Both the position numbers and the translations under genes were made by a program. The notes beneath the pieces are model-generated. The model worked only from the letters and a program-made list of their open reading frames with translations, made no database searches and was not told where the DNA came from. From positions 64,001 through 128,000 of the forward strand of contig CAZPQW010000005.1 of NCBI GenBank assembly GCA_964588985.1: a stretch of DNA of 64,000 nucleotides, written 5' to 3'. Shown here piece after piece: positions 43,865 to 54,037 of the stretch (position 1 is its first letter; each line of letters begins with the position of its first letter). The DNA is from an uncultured Solirubrobacteraceae bacterium. GTDB lineage: Bacteria; Actinomycetota; Thermoleophilia; Solirubrobacterales; Solirubrobacteraceae.

Positions 43865-45166
43865 TCAGTCGTTCGCGGTGACGGTCTCGAGCAGCTCCGC
43901 GAAGCGCTCACGCGAGCGCGCGCGGCGCGTCGGCAGGTGTTCGCTCGGCACACCGTCCGCGGGTGGCGCGTAGCCGTTGAGGATGTGGCGCGCGACGGAC
44001 TGGCGGTGCACCTCGTCGGGACCGTCGTAGATGCGCGCGGCGCGCGCGAAACGATACATCTGCTCGAGCGGCAGGTCGGTGGAGTAGCCGAGCGAGCCGT
44101 GCAACTGCAGCGCCCGATCGACCACGTCGTGGAGCACCTTCGCGCCGTAGAACTTGATCAGCGCGACGTCGGTGCGCGCGGCGCTCGCGCCCTGTGTGTC
44201 CATCACCCACGCGGCGTGCAGCGTCATCAGGCGTGCGGCCTGCATCTCGGCGGCGCTGTCGGCGATCCAGTTCTGCACGGTCTGCTTCTGCGCGAGCAGC
44301 GAGCCGTGGGCTTCTCTATATGTGGCGCGCTCGCACATCATGTCGAACGCGCGGCGCGCGACCCCGAGCCAGCGCATGCAGTGGTGGATGCGCCCGGGCC
44401 CGAGGCGGTGCTGGGCGAGCACGAAGCCCTCGCCCTCGCCGCCGAGCAGCGCCTCCGGGCCGACGCGCACGTCGCTGTAGAGGATTTCCGAGTGCCCGCC
44501 GTAGCCGCCGAAGTGCTCCGCGGGGTGCTCCATCGTGGGGACGTCGCGCACGATGTCGACGCCCGGCATGTCACTCGGGACGATGAACATGGACGCGCGC
44601 TGCGACGGTCGCGCGTCGGGGTTGGTGACGGCCATCACGATCAGGAAGTCGGCGATCGAGCCGTTGGAGGAGAACCACTTCTTGCCGTCGAGCACCCAGC
44701 CGTCGCCGTCGCGCACCGCGCGCGTCTTCAGCTGCGTGGGGTCGGAGCCCGGCGTGTGCGGCTCGGTCATCGAGAACGCGCTGCGCAGGTCGCCCGCGAG
44801 CAGCGGGTGCAGCCAGCGGTCCTTCTGCTCGGGCGTGCCCGCCATAGCGAGGATCTCCGAGTTGCCGGAGTCCGGCGCGGCGTTGCCGAACGCGAGCGGC
44901 GCGATCGGCGAGGTGCCGAGGATCTCGTGCATCAGCCCGAGCTTCACCTGCCCCATCCCCTGGCCGCCGAGCTCGGGCGGCAGATGCGTCGCCCACAGCC
45001 CGCGCGCCTTGACCTGCTCCTGCAGCGGCGCGATCGCACGGCTGAGGCCATCGAGACCCAGCTCCGGCCAGATCGCCTCCAGCGGCCAGATCTCGGTGCG
45101 CACGAACTCCGCCATCCAGTCGAGCTGCTCCTGGTAGTCGGCGTCGGTGGAGAAGTCCCAGCTCAT
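43865..45166 (-). CDS. Acyl-CoA dehydrogenase
   Basis: APDSGNSEIL, SAFSMTEP, GKKWFSSN, RLGPGRIHHCMR, RIYDGPDEVH. Confidence 0.93.
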   Translation of the reverse strand: MSWDFSTDADYQEQLDWMAEFVRTEIWPLEAIWPELGLDGLSRAIAPLQEQVKARGLWATHLPPELGGQGMGQVKLGLMHEILGTSPIAPLAFGNAAPDSGNSEILAMAGTPEQKDRWLHPLLAGDLRSAFSMTEPHTPGSDPTQLKTRAVRDGDGWVLDGKKWFSSNGSIADFLIVMAVTNPDARPSQRASMFIVPSDMPGVDIVRDVPTMEHPAEHFGGYGGHSEILYSDVRVGPEALLGGEGEGFVLAQHRLGPGRIHHCMRWLGVARRAFDMMCERATYREAHGSLLAQKQTVQNWIADSAAEMQAARLMTLHAAWVMDTQGASAARTDVALIKFYGAKVLHDVVDRALQLHGSLGYSTDLPLEQMYRFARAARIYDGPDEVHRQSVARHILNGYAPPADGVPSEHLPTRRARSRERFAELLETVTAND

Positions 45167-45272
45167 GGCGTGGCGTCCTTTCGTTCGGGGCCTGGCGGTG
45201 CTGTGCCTGCAAGCGTACGTGCTATCAACCCAAGCGCAACGCTTTCCACCATCTCGAACAAGGAGCCGCCAC

Positions 45273-45668
45273 ATGAGCACCACCGAGCAGCTGGTCACGG
45301 GCGTCGACTTCGTCTCTGTACCCACCGGCGATCTCGCCGCCTCCGTCGAGTTCTACGGCGACACGTTGGGCCTGCGCCGCTCGGTGTACATGCCCGACCG
45401 CAACTTCGCGGAGTTCGAGACCGGCAACCTCACACTGAGTGTCGTTCACGCGGAGAAGATGGGGATCCCGCACTGCGTGAACCAGAACGCGATCGCGCTG
45501 CACGTCGACGACGTCGAAGCGACCCGCGCGACGCTCGAAGCACGCGGCGTGAGCTTCCAGGGAGACACGTTCGACACGAGCGTCTGCCACATGGCGTTCT
45601 TCACCGACCCCTACGGCAACGCGCTGATGCTCCACCACCGCTACGCACCGCGCAACCCCGAGTCCTAG
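45273..45668 (+). CDS. VOC/glyoxalase family protein
   Basis: SVEFYGDTLGL, LHVDDVE, FFTDPYGNALMLH; AAGGAG SD. Confidence 0.9.
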   Translation: MSTTEQLVTGVDFVSVPTGDLAASVEFYGDTLGLRRSVYMPDRNFAEFETGNLTLSVVHAEKMGIPHCVNQNAIALHVDDVEATRATLEARGVSFQGDTFDTSVCHMAFFTDPYGNALMLHHRYAPRNPES

Positions 45669-45708
45669 ACGCACCTACACGTCGCCACCGCGCCCTTATA
45701 TTGAGCGG

Positions 45709-46548
45709 ATGGCTGGGCCCGGACCATTGGAGATGTCGCTCCTGCCGGGAGCGCGCGAGCTGCTCGACGCGCACGCCGCGGCGCTGCCCCAGCGCGACGA
45801 TCTTTGCGGCGCGTTCTGCGGCGCGCTGGCGCTGAGCGCGGCGGGGTTCCGCGAGCGCGGCGGGGAGCCCGTAGATCAGGACGCGGTGGGGCTGGCCGCG
45901 GGGAGCATCGTGTCGACAGCCGGCGCGCGCGATCCGGGCACGCTCCCGCACGGCGAACCGGGCCGGCGCGACTACCGCCTGGCGATCCCCGAGATCGAGG
46001 ACGCCGACGTGTCCGGCACGACGTGCTCGGGTGTGATCGACGCGATCGCGGAGCTCTCCGACGGCGCGCTGGAGGCGATCCCTTTCAGCGGCCCGTGGAC
46101 GGCGGAGACGCTCGGCGGCCTCTACGACGTGGCCGCCGAGCTGAAGCGCCCGGTGACGTTGATCGCGAACTTCGCCACCCACCACCTGTGGGGCGGGTCC
46201 GCTCGGTTCGACCAGCTGCTGGGCTATCTGCTCGACGGCGAGCGAGCAGGGCCTGAGCCGGACTGGCGCGTGGGCCACTTCGCGTGCGTGTTCGGACGCG
46301 TGCGCGGGCCGCGCGGGAACCTTTACGGCGTCGCCGACACCTACCCCGCGCTCGGCGACCATGGCGTGCACATGCAGCCGCAGGAGCGTCTCGCGGCGGC
46401 GCTCGAGCGGCGCGACATGCCGGCGGGCGGGATGATCGTGGTGGCGTTTGCCGACGACGCGGGCGCGATCCGCGCGGGCGCGGGCGCCGTGGGACTGAGC
46501 GAGGGCCTGTGGGACAACGGGACCGTGACGCAGGCGACGCTCGGGTGA
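45709..46548 (+). CDS. Papain-like (C39/phytochelatin-synthase-like fold) putative cysteine hydrolase
   Basis: PQRDDLCG...GHF...ADTY candidate Gln/Cys/His/Asp set. Confidence 0.55.
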   Translation: MAGPGPLEMSLLPGARELLDAHAAALPQRDDLCGAFCGALALSAAGFRERGGEPVDQDAVGLAAGSIVSTAGARDPGTLPHGEPGRRDYRLAIPEIEDADVSGTTCSGVIDAIAELSDGALEAIPFSGPWTAETLGGLYDVAAELKRPVTLIANFATHHLWGGSARFDQLLGYLLDGERAGPEPDWRVGHFACVFGRVRGPRGNLYGVADTYPALGDHGVHMQPQERLAAALERRDMPAGGMIVVAFADDAGAIRAGAGAVGLSEGLWDNGTVTQATLG

Positions 46549-47858
46549 GCGAGCGGGAGCTCGTATCGCTCGTCTGCTGCGACCTCGGCGCGATCGTGCG
46601 AGGACGCTCGCTGTTCTCGTCCGAGCTGACCGAGGCCGAAGCGTCGGGCATCGGCTGGGTGCCGGCGAACCACGCGCTCACGCCGCTCGGCCCGGTGGCG
46701 GAGACCAACCCGTATGGGTCGACCGGGGATCTGCGCCTGCTGCCCGACCCCGCCACCCGGGTGCGTGTGGAGGAGGGCCCCGGCGGTGGCGCGCTGGAGC
46801 TACTGCTGTGCGACATCGTGGAGACCGACGGGCGTCCTTGGGAGTGCTGCCCGCGGCAGTTCCTACGCGAGGCGCTGCGCGAGCTGGAGAGCGAGATCGG
46901 CGGCCGGCTCGTGGCGAGCTTCGAGCACGAGTTTCAACTTCTAGAGGACTCGTCCGCTGCGCTCCCGTTCTCACTCGAGGCGCAGCGACGTGGCGAGCCG
47001 TTTGCCACGCGCGCGATGGGCGCGCTCACACAGGCGGGCGTGGAACCGGAGCGGATATTCCCCGAGTACGCGCCGCACCAGTTCGAGATTCCGGTGGCGC
47101 CGGCGGAGGGCGTCGCGAGCGCGGATCGTTCGGTGGTGCTGAGGGAGGTGGTGCGCGAGGTCGCGCGCCGTGAGGGGAAACGCGCGAGCTTCGCGCCGCT
47201 GCTCGACGTGGCGCAGGCGGGCAACGGCGTGCACATCCACCTGAGCGTGATCGACCGCGATGGCGCGCCGTTGTTCTACGACCCCGTGCGTCGCGCGCAC
47301 CTGAGCGAGACGGGCGAGCGCTTCGCGGCGGGCATCCTCGCGCACGCGCACGCGTTGACCGCGCTCACGGCGCCGAGTCCGGTGTCCGCCACGCGCCTCC
47401 AGCCGCACCGCTGGAGCGCGGGCGCGATGTGCCTGGCGGTGCAGAACCGCGAAGCGCTGCTGCGAATCCCTCCGCTCGTGGAGCTGGCGGGCGCGGACCC
47501 CGCTCGCCAGCTGCGCCTGGAGTACCGCGGCGCGGACGCGGCGGCGAACCCCTACCTGGCGCTCGGCGCGCTCGTGCGTGCAGGGCTCGACGGGGTGCGC
47601 TCGCAGATGCCCGCGCCGCCGATCCTCGACTGCGACCCGGCGGAGCTGGAAGGACCCGAGGTGGAGCGCTTCGGTGTGGGCTCGCTGCCGGACTCGCTGG
47701 AGGAGTCGATGCGGGCGCTCACCGAGAACGCGACCGCGCGCTCGTGGATGGGGTCGCTGCTGTACGAGGCGTACGTGAGCGTCAAGCAGGCCGAGATCGA
47801 GGCGGCGCGCGATGTCGACCTGAAGGAGCTGTGCGCGCGCTATGCCGCGATCTACTGA
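46545..47858 (+). CDS. Glutamine synthetase-like gamma-glutamyl ligase
   Basis: FEHEF, EYAPHQFE, GNGVHIH, NREALLR, LEYRGADAAANPYL. Confidence 0.9.
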   Translation: MSERELVSLVCCDLGAIVRGRSLFSSELTEAEASGIGWVPANHALTPLGPVAETNPYGSTGDLRLLPDPATRVRVEEGPGGGALELLLCDIVETDGRPWECCPRQFLREALRELESEIGGRLVASFEHEFQLLEDSSAALPFSLEAQRRGEPFATRAMGALTQAGVEPERIFPEYAPHQFEIPVAPAEGVASADRSVVLREVVREVARREGKRASFAPLLDVAQAGNGVHIHLSVIDRDGAPLFYDPVRRAHLSETGERFAAGILAHAHALTALTAPSPVSATRLQPHRWSAGAMCLAVQNREALLRIPPLVELAGADPARQLRLEYRGADAAANPYLALGALVRAGLDGVRSQMPAPPILDCDPAELEGPEVERFGVGSLPDSLEESMRALTENATARSWMGSLLYEAYVSVKQAEIEAARDVDLKELCARYAAIY

Positions 47859-49032
47859 CGTCGTGCTCGAGCGGCTGCTCGAGGGGATCGAGCGAGAGAG
47901 TCCGCGCGCCGTGGAGCTGCGCCACCGGCTGCACTCAGGGCCCGAGTTGGCGGGCGCCGAGAAGCGGACCGCGGCGATGGTCGCGGCGGAGCTGCCGGTG
48001 GCGAGCGAGACGGCGGCGGCAACAGGGCTGCTCGCCCGGGTGGGACCGGCCGATGGCACGCCGATCGCGGTGCGCGCGGAGCTGGACGGGCTGCCGGTGC
48101 GCGAGCGCACGGGCGCGGCGTTCAGCGCGAGCGGCGAGACGATGCACGCGTGCGGGCACGATGTGCACATGGCAGCGCTTGTGGCGCTCGCCCGCGCCGC
48201 ATACTCAATTGAGGAGGATCTACCCGCCCCGCTGCTCGCGGTGTTCCAGCCGAGCGAGGAGGTGCACCCCTCCGGTGCGAAAGCGCTCGTCGAGGGCGCG
48301 CTCGCGGACGCGGCGCCGAAGGCGGTCCTCGCCGCGCACGTCCATCCGGAACTGCCGTGGGGCGAGGTGGCGCTCGACCCTGGGGCTGTGAACGCGTCGT
48401 TCGACGGGTTCGAGATCGTCGTCGAGGGCGAGCCCTCACACGGCGCCTACCCGCACCTGGGACGCGACCCGATCCTCGCGCTCGCGCAGGTGGTGGTCGC
48501 GCTGCACGCGCAGGTCGCGCGGCGGATGGACCCGATGCATCCGACGGTGCTGACGGTGGGCGTGGTGGAGGGCGGGAGCACGGAGAACGTGATCCCCGAG
48601 CGCGCGAGCGCGCGGGGCGCGCTGCGGTCGCTGCGGGCGGAGGACCGCCTGGCGTTGCGTGAGCTGGTTGAGGAGGTCGTGACGGGTGTGACAGCCGCGC
48701 ACGGCTGCCGCGGCGGCGTGTCGTTCGTGGCGGGGGAGCCGGTGTTGGAGAACGACCCGCGCATCGTGGCGGAGGCGTGCGGGCTGCTCGCCAGTGCCGG
48801 CCTTGCACCAGCCCCCGAGTGGCGCTCGTGCGGGTCGGACGACTTCGCCTTCTTCGGCGCGCTCGCGCCGGTGGCGATGGCCTTCGTGGGGCTCGACGGC
48901 GCGGCGGGCTTTCGGTCGCGGCCGCTTCACCACCCGGAGCTGCTCCCGCCCGACGAGGCGGTTGATGCGATCGCGCGCGTGCAGGCTGTGCTGTATGTGG
49001 CGGCGGCGCACTCCTTGCGGCAAGCCGACTGA
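47842..49032 (+). CDS. M20 family amidohydrolase
   Basis: HSGPEL, MHACGHDVH, FQPSEE, HGAYPH, SDDFAF, LHHP. Confidence 0.92.
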   Translation: MPRSTDVVLERLLEGIERESPRAVELRHRLHSGPELAGAEKRTAAMVAAELPVASETAAATGLLARVGPADGTPIAVRAELDGLPVRERTGAAFSASGETMHACGHDVHMAALVALARAAYSIEEDLPAPLLAVFQPSEEVHPSGAKALVEGALADAAPKAVLAAHVHPELPWGEVALDPGAVNASFDGFEIVVEGEPSHGAYPHLGRDPILALAQVVVALHAQVARRMDPMHPTVLTVGVVEGGSTENVIPERASARGALRSLRAEDRLALRELVEEVVTGVTAAHGCRGGVSFVAGEPVLENDPRIVAEACGLLASAGLAPAPEWRSCGSDDFAFFGALAPVAMAFVGLDGAAGFRSRPLHHPELLPPDEAVDAIARVQAVLYVAAAHSLRQAD

Positions 49033-49057
49033 GCGCACCGCTGGCTACGATGAGGCG

Positions 49058-49606
49058 GTGCCCGATCGCCTGTACTTCACGGACTCCGACGAGGCCAACG
49101 CGCTGATTGCGAGCGACCCGATGGCGCTGCTGATCGGCTTTAGCCTCGATCAACAGGTTTCGGTGCAGAAGGCGTTCGCCGGCCCGCTGACGATCCGCGA
49201 GCGCCTCGGCTCGATCGACCCGAAGGACCTGGCGGCAGCCGACCTCGAGCCGGTGTTCCGCGAGAAACCGGCTGTCCACCGCTTCCCGGGGGCGATGGCC
49301 AAGCGCGTGCACGACCTGGCGGTGCATGTGGTGGAGCGGTACGACGGGGACGCGGCGCGTGTGTGGGGCGACGCGAAGAACGCGAGCGCGCTGCGCGCCA
49401 ACCTCGAGGCGCTGCCCGGGTTCGGCGAGATGAAGGTGAAGGCGCTCGGGTCGGTGCTCGCCAAGCGCTACAAACTGGCGAAGGCCAAGAGCCTCGTCCC
49501 ACCGCACCCCACCCTCGGCGACGTGGACTCGCCGCAGGCGCTGCTCGACTACCAGGCCGAAAAGCGCGCCCACAAGGCGGAGTGGTCGAAGCTCAAAGCG
49601 CAGTAG
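49058..49606 (+). CDS. HhH-GPD-type base excision repair family protein (actinobacterial)
   Basis: LLIGFSLDQQV, PAVHRFPGAMAKR, LPGFGEMK. Confidence 0.85.
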   Translation: MPDRLYFTDSDEANALIASDPMALLIGFSLDQQVSVQKAFAGPLTIRERLGSIDPKDLAAADLEPVFREKPAVHRFPGAMAKRVHDLAVHVVERYDGDAARVWGDAKNASALRANLEALPGFGEMKVKALGSVLAKRYKLAKAKSLVPPHPTLGDVDSPQALLDYQAEKRAHKAEWSKLKAQ

Positions 49607-50778
49607 CCATCGCGGCTCCTGACGCACCCGTCGACGCCCCCACGGGCATCGGAGCGTCGACGGGCCTGTTCATCGCTGCGCTGTTCGCGTTCATCGCGAC
49701 CGGCGCGGCGCTGCCGGTGCTGCCCACGTACGTGCACGGCCCGCTGCACTCGGGGGACATCGCGGTGGGGATCGTGGTGGGCTCGTTCGCCGTCACCTCG
49801 GTGGTGTGCCGGCCGATCGCGGGGCGCCAGGCGGACAGGCGCGGACGGCGCGCGGTGCTCGTCGCGGGCTCGCTCGCGCTCGCGCTCGGCGGGCTGCTGT
49901 ACATCTTCTCCAGCAGCGTGATCACACTGGTGCTCGCGCGGCTGATGGTCGGCGCGGGCGAGGGATCGGTGTACACCGCGGGCGCCACCTGGGTGGTGGA
50001 CCTCGCGCCCGTCAACCGCCGCGGGCTCGCGCTCGGCATGTTCGGCCTCGCGGTGTGGGGCGGGCTGTCGCTGGGGCCGGTCGCGGGCGAGCTGCTGCGA
50101 TCGAGCTCCGGCTATGACGCGGTGTGGATCCTGACCGCCGCCCTGCCACTCGCCGGGGCGGCGATCGCGGTGCGCCTGCCCGAACCGTCGCGTCCGCCGC
50201 AGTCCGGGCGGCCGATACCGCTGCTGCACTTCCCGCGATCGGCCCGCCGCCCGGCGTTCGCGCTGGCGCTCGCCAACATCGGCTACGCGGCGCTCGCGGG
50301 GTTCATCGTGCTCGACCTGCGCAAGCAGGGGATCGGCGGCGGCGCGACGGTGTTCACCGCGTTCGCGGTGTCGGTGTTCGCGAGCCGGCTGATCTTCGGG
50401 CGCGTTCCGGACCGTTTCGGAGCGCGTGTCACAGCCACCGGCGCCGGGCTCGTCGAGGCGCTCGGGCTGATCGTGATCGCGCTCGCGCACTCGCTGCCCG
50501 TGGCGCTGCTCGGAGCGATAGTCGTCGGCGCGGGCTTCTCGATGATGTTCCCCTCGCTCGCGCTGATGGTGGTAGACGACGTCCACGACGAGCACCGCGG
50601 CTCGGCGATGGGCACTTTCACCGCGTTCTTCGACATCGGCGTAGGCGCGGGAGGTCCGCTGTCGGGGGCGACCGCGTCGCTCGCCGGCTACCCCGCGGTG
50701 TTCGTGCTCGCATCCGTCGCAGCGCTCGGCACCGCCGGACTCGCCGCCATGACGCCGCGCCGCCCTCCCGAGCAGTAA
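49582..50778 (+). CDS. MFS transporter
   Basis: About 12 hydrophobic segments, [10 protein letters not shown] motif A; start uncertain. Confidence 0.88.
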   Translation: MVEAQSAVAIAAPDAPVDAPTGIGASTGLFIAALFAFIATGAALPVLPTYVHGPLHSGDIAVGIVVGSFAVTSVVCRPIAGRQADRRGRRAVLVAGSLALALGGLLYIFSSSVITLVLARLMVGAGEGSVYTAGATWVVDLAPVNRRGLALGMFGLAVWGGLSLGPVAGELLRSSSGYDAVWILTAALPLAGAAIAVRLPEPSRPPQSGRPIPLLHFPRSARRPAFALALANIGYAALAGFIVLDLRKQGIGGGATVFTAFAVSVFASRLIFGRVPDRFGARVTATGAGLVEALGLIVIALAHSLPVALLGAIVVGAGFSMMFPSLALMVVDDVHDEHRGSAMGTFTAFFDIGVGAGGPLSGATASLAGYPAVFVLASVAALGTAGLAAMTPRRPPEQ

Positions 50779-50812
50779 TTGCACATACAACTACCAGCGC
50801 TATGCTTCGCGC

Positions 50813-51862
50813 ATGGAACTGGGCCTCGCGACGTTCGCCGATCTCGCCAGCGGCGTGAGCCCGCGGCAGCGGATGCGCGACCTGATGGAGGAGGTCGAGC
50901 TCGCCGACCAGCTCGGGCTCGACGTGTTCGCGATCGGCGAGCACCACCGCCCCGACTTCCTCGTCTCCTCTCCCGCTGTGGTGCTCGGCGCGGCCGCGGT
51001 GAAGACCGAGCGCATCCGCCTGTCGAGCGCCGTGACGGTGCTCAGCTCGGACGACCCGGTGCGCGTGTTCCAGGACTTCGCCGAGGTCGACCTGCTGTCG
51101 GGCGGGCGCGCGGAGATCATGGCGGGGCGCGGCTCGTTCACCGAGTCCTTCCCCCTGTTCGGCTACGACCTCGACGACTACGACGACCTGTATGCGGAGA
51201 AGCTCGAGCTGCTGCTGGCGATCCGCGAGCAGACACACGTCACGTGGTCGGGACGCCTGCGCCCCGCGCTGGAGAACGCGGGCGTGTGGCCGCGGCCGGT
51301 GCAGGAGCCACTGCCGGTGTGGGTCGCGGTGGGCGGCTCGCCGCCGTCGGTGATCCGCGCCGGCTCGCTCGGCCTGCCGCTCACGATCGCGATCATCGGC
51401 GGGCAGCCGGCGCAGTTCGGTCCGCTCGTGGACCTCTACCGTGAGGCCGCGCGAGCGTCCGGCCACAACGCAAACCGGACGCGCGTCGCGATAAACACCC
51501 ACGCGTTCGTCGCCGACAGCAGCGCGCGGGCGGACAGCGCGTTCGCCTCCTCTTATCTATCGATGATGAATCGGATAGGCCGCGAGAGGGGTTGGCCGCC
51601 ATCCGGCCGGCGGGAGTACGAAGCCCTGAGGTCTCCGACAGGGGCGCTCGCCGTCGGGTCGCCGGAGCAGGTGGCGGAGAAGATCCTCTACGAGCACGAG
51701 CTGTTCGGCCACGACCGCTACATCGCGCAGATGTCCGTCGGCGCGGTGGCGCACTCCGACGTGCTGCGCTCGATGGAGCTGTACGGCACGAAGGTCGCGC
51801 CGCTCGTGCGCGAGGAGATCGCCCGCCGCGGCGCCCATCCGGAAAAACCCGCGCTTACTTGA
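50813..51862 (+). CDS. LLM class flavin-dependent oxidoreductase
   Basis: [40 protein letters not shown]. Confidence 0.93.
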   Translation: MELGLATFADLASGVSPRQRMRDLMEEVELADQLGLDVFAIGEHHRPDFLVSSPAVVLGAAAVKTERIRLSSAVTVLSSDDPVRVFQDFAEVDLLSGGRAEIMAGRGSFTESFPLFGYDLDDYDDLYAEKLELLLAIREQTHVTWSGRLRPALENAGVWPRPVQEPLPVWVAVGGSPPSVIRAGSLGLPLTIAIIGGQPAQFGPLVDLYREAARASGHNANRTRVAINTHAFVADSSARADSAFASSYLSMMNRIGRERGWPPSGRREYEALRSPTGALAVGSPEQVAEKILYEHELFGHDRYIAQMSVGAVAHSDVLRSMELYGTKVAPLVREEIARRGAHPEKPALT

Positions 51863-51876
51863 TAAGAAGAGAGGGC

Positions 51877-53097
51877 ATGGCACTGATCCGCGCTGCCAGC
51901 CCTCTCAGCCGCGAGCTCCGGCGAGTGCTGCCCGAGCGGCCGTTTCACGTGCGCTTCTGGGACGGCAGCGCGGTCGAGGCGACGGAGCCCGACGCCCCGA
52001 CGTTCTTCGTCCGGCGGCCCTCCGCGCTCGCGCACTTCCTCCGCGCGCCCGGATCGCTGGGGCTCGGCCGCGCGTACGTGGAGGACTCGATCGCGGTGGA
52101 CGACCTCGACGCGGCGTTCCTCGTGGTGGACGAGTGGGAGCCGCCCGCGATCGGCAACGGCGACCGGCTGCGCCTCGGCCTCGCGATCGCCGCCGCGGCA
52201 GCGCCCGGCGGCATCCCGCGCCGCCCGAGCCTCGAGCTGATCCTGCGCGGCGGGCTGCACTCGATCGAGCGCGACAGGGAGGCGGTGCGCTACCACTACG
52301 ACGTAGGCAACGACTTCTTCGCGCTGTTCCTCGACGAGTCGATGACCTACAGCTGCGGCATCTTTTCGCGCGGCGCCACCACGCTCCAGGAGGCCCAGCG
52401 GGCGAAACTGGAGCTGATCGCGGGCAAGCTGAAGCTCGAGCCGGGGATGCGCCTGCTCGACGTGGGCTGCGGCTGGGGGAGCTTCGCGATCCACGCCGCC
52501 CGCGAGCACGGCGTGATCGTGACCGGCGTCACCATCTCGCCCTCACAGGCCGAGCTCGCACGCGAGCGAGTCGAGGAGGCAGGGGTCGCCGACCGCGTGG
52601 ACATCCGCCTGTCGGACTACCGCGAGCTGCCCGGCGGCTCGTTCGACGCGATCTCCTCGATCGGCATGACGGAGCACGTCGGCGACAGCCAGATCGACCT
52701 GTACGCGAAGTCGCTGTTCAAGCTCCTGACGCCCGGCGGCCTGCTGCTCAACCACGCGATCGCCGCCCTCGACCCCGACCACAACCCGCTCGAGGATCTG
52801 TTCTCGATGCGCTACGTGTTCCCCGACGGCGAGCCACTGCCGCTGTCGCGGATCCAGCTCGCGATGGAACGCGCGGGCTTCCGCACCCAGCACGTGGAGG
52901 GCTTCAGGGAAGACTACGCAACCACCCTGCGCCACTGGAGCGAGCGGCTGGACGAGCACCTGCCCGAGGCCGAGCGGCTCGCCGGAGCTGAGCGCACGCG
53001 CATCTGGCGGCTATATCTTCGCGCCGCGCGGCACGGGTTCGAAACGGCGCACACTGGCGTGTATCAGGTGTGTGTGAGGCGGCCGACCGCCGGCTGA
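51877..53097 (+). CDS. cfa: Cyclopropane-fatty-acyl-phospholipid synthase family methyltransferase
   Basis: HYDVGNDFF, MTYSC, LDVGCGWG, YVFPDG. Confidence 0.9.
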   Translation: MALIRAASPLSRELRRVLPERPFHVRFWDGSAVEATEPDAPTFFVRRPSALAHFLRAPGSLGLGRAYVEDSIAVDDLDAAFLVVDEWEPPAIGNGDRLRLGLAIAAAAAPGGIPRRPSLELILRGGLHSIERDREAVRYHYDVGNDFFALFLDESMTYSCGIFSRGATTLQEAQRAKLELIAGKLKLEPGMRLLDVGCGWGSFAIHAAREHGVIVTGVTISPSQAELARERVEEAGVADRVDIRLSDYRELPGGSFDAISSIGMTEHVGDSQIDLYAKSLFKLLTPGGLLLNHAIAALDPDHNPLEDLFSMRYVFPDGEPLPLSRIQLAMERAGFRTQHVEGFREDYATTLRHWSERLDEHLPEAERLAGAERTRIWRLYLRAARHGFETAHTGVYQVCVRRPTAG

Positions 53098-53137
53098 GCC
53101 CCCCGCCCGAACTCGCGCGCCGAACGTCGCACGGCGC

Positions 53138-53996
53138 TCAGTGCAGCTTCTTCGTTCCCTTTCTTCGCGTTGTGCTTGGGGCATCCGAACGGCGATCTTC
53201 GTGGTCTGTTTGATCACCGCCCCGTTTTGCCCGGTCAGTTCCGTCGGCATCTTCAACGGGGTCGCGTAGATGCTTCCGTTGGCGGCCGGCACCGGGTGGG
53301 GCCTTGCGGGCAACACGAGGTCGAAACTCGTGATCGGAGCGTCGGTGACGCTTCTGAAAATGCTCGATGTGATCCCGTTCTTTATGTGCGTCTACCCGAC
53401 GCGCATCAGCGTGATCCCTTCGCCTTGGAGGACGATCTCCAGGTCAGGGAATGCCGCCCCCGCGCTCGAGACGAAGTAGGCCGGTCCTCGCAGCACGCTC
53501 TTCAGCACAGGCGTGATGGCCGTGCCCGTGCCGACCACCGAGGCCGCAGGACACGATGCCGGGTTACTCGCGAACACAGCTGCAAGACATGCTTTCTGCA
53601 ACGTCGCCAATCGAGACGGCAGCTGCAGAGGCAGATCCACCTTGACTTTGCCGATGTTCGCCTGACCCGCCCCCGAGGTCACCTTGACGTGGAGCGACGC
53701 CCCACGCGCTTTGCTCGTCTTAGCCCTCGTCTCTTCCGAGAACGTCGGCTTGAACGGAAGGTGCGAGCAGTTGGCGACCGCGAACGGAGCCGAGGACGAC
53801 CACGGGTGCGCCTTCACCGCTGGAAAGCGTGCCGGTGATCGCCAGCTCGTTGCAGCTCGTGGGGTTGAAGATGAAGTTCGGCCGGTTGATCTCGACGTCC
53901 ACCGTCTGATCTGCAACGGAACGCCGTCCAAGATGCTCGGCAGCGGGTCGCTCGCCACCGTGATCTGCGCCGTTCTCGGATCGACACGCACCTCCA
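53138..53996 (-). pseudogene. Frameshifted 3' remnant of a large secreted repeat protein
   Basis: Colinear motifs split across frames: SDPLPSILDGVPLQIR / INRPNFIFNPTSC / LPFKPTF...LPSRLATLQKAC...FPDLEIVLQGEGI / MPTELTGQNGAVIKQTTKIAV; no 5' part; ends approximate. Confidence 0.7.
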
Positions 53997-54037
53997 TTCC
54001 GGACCGGATCCGCCCGCGGGCCCGAAGGACTCGTTGG

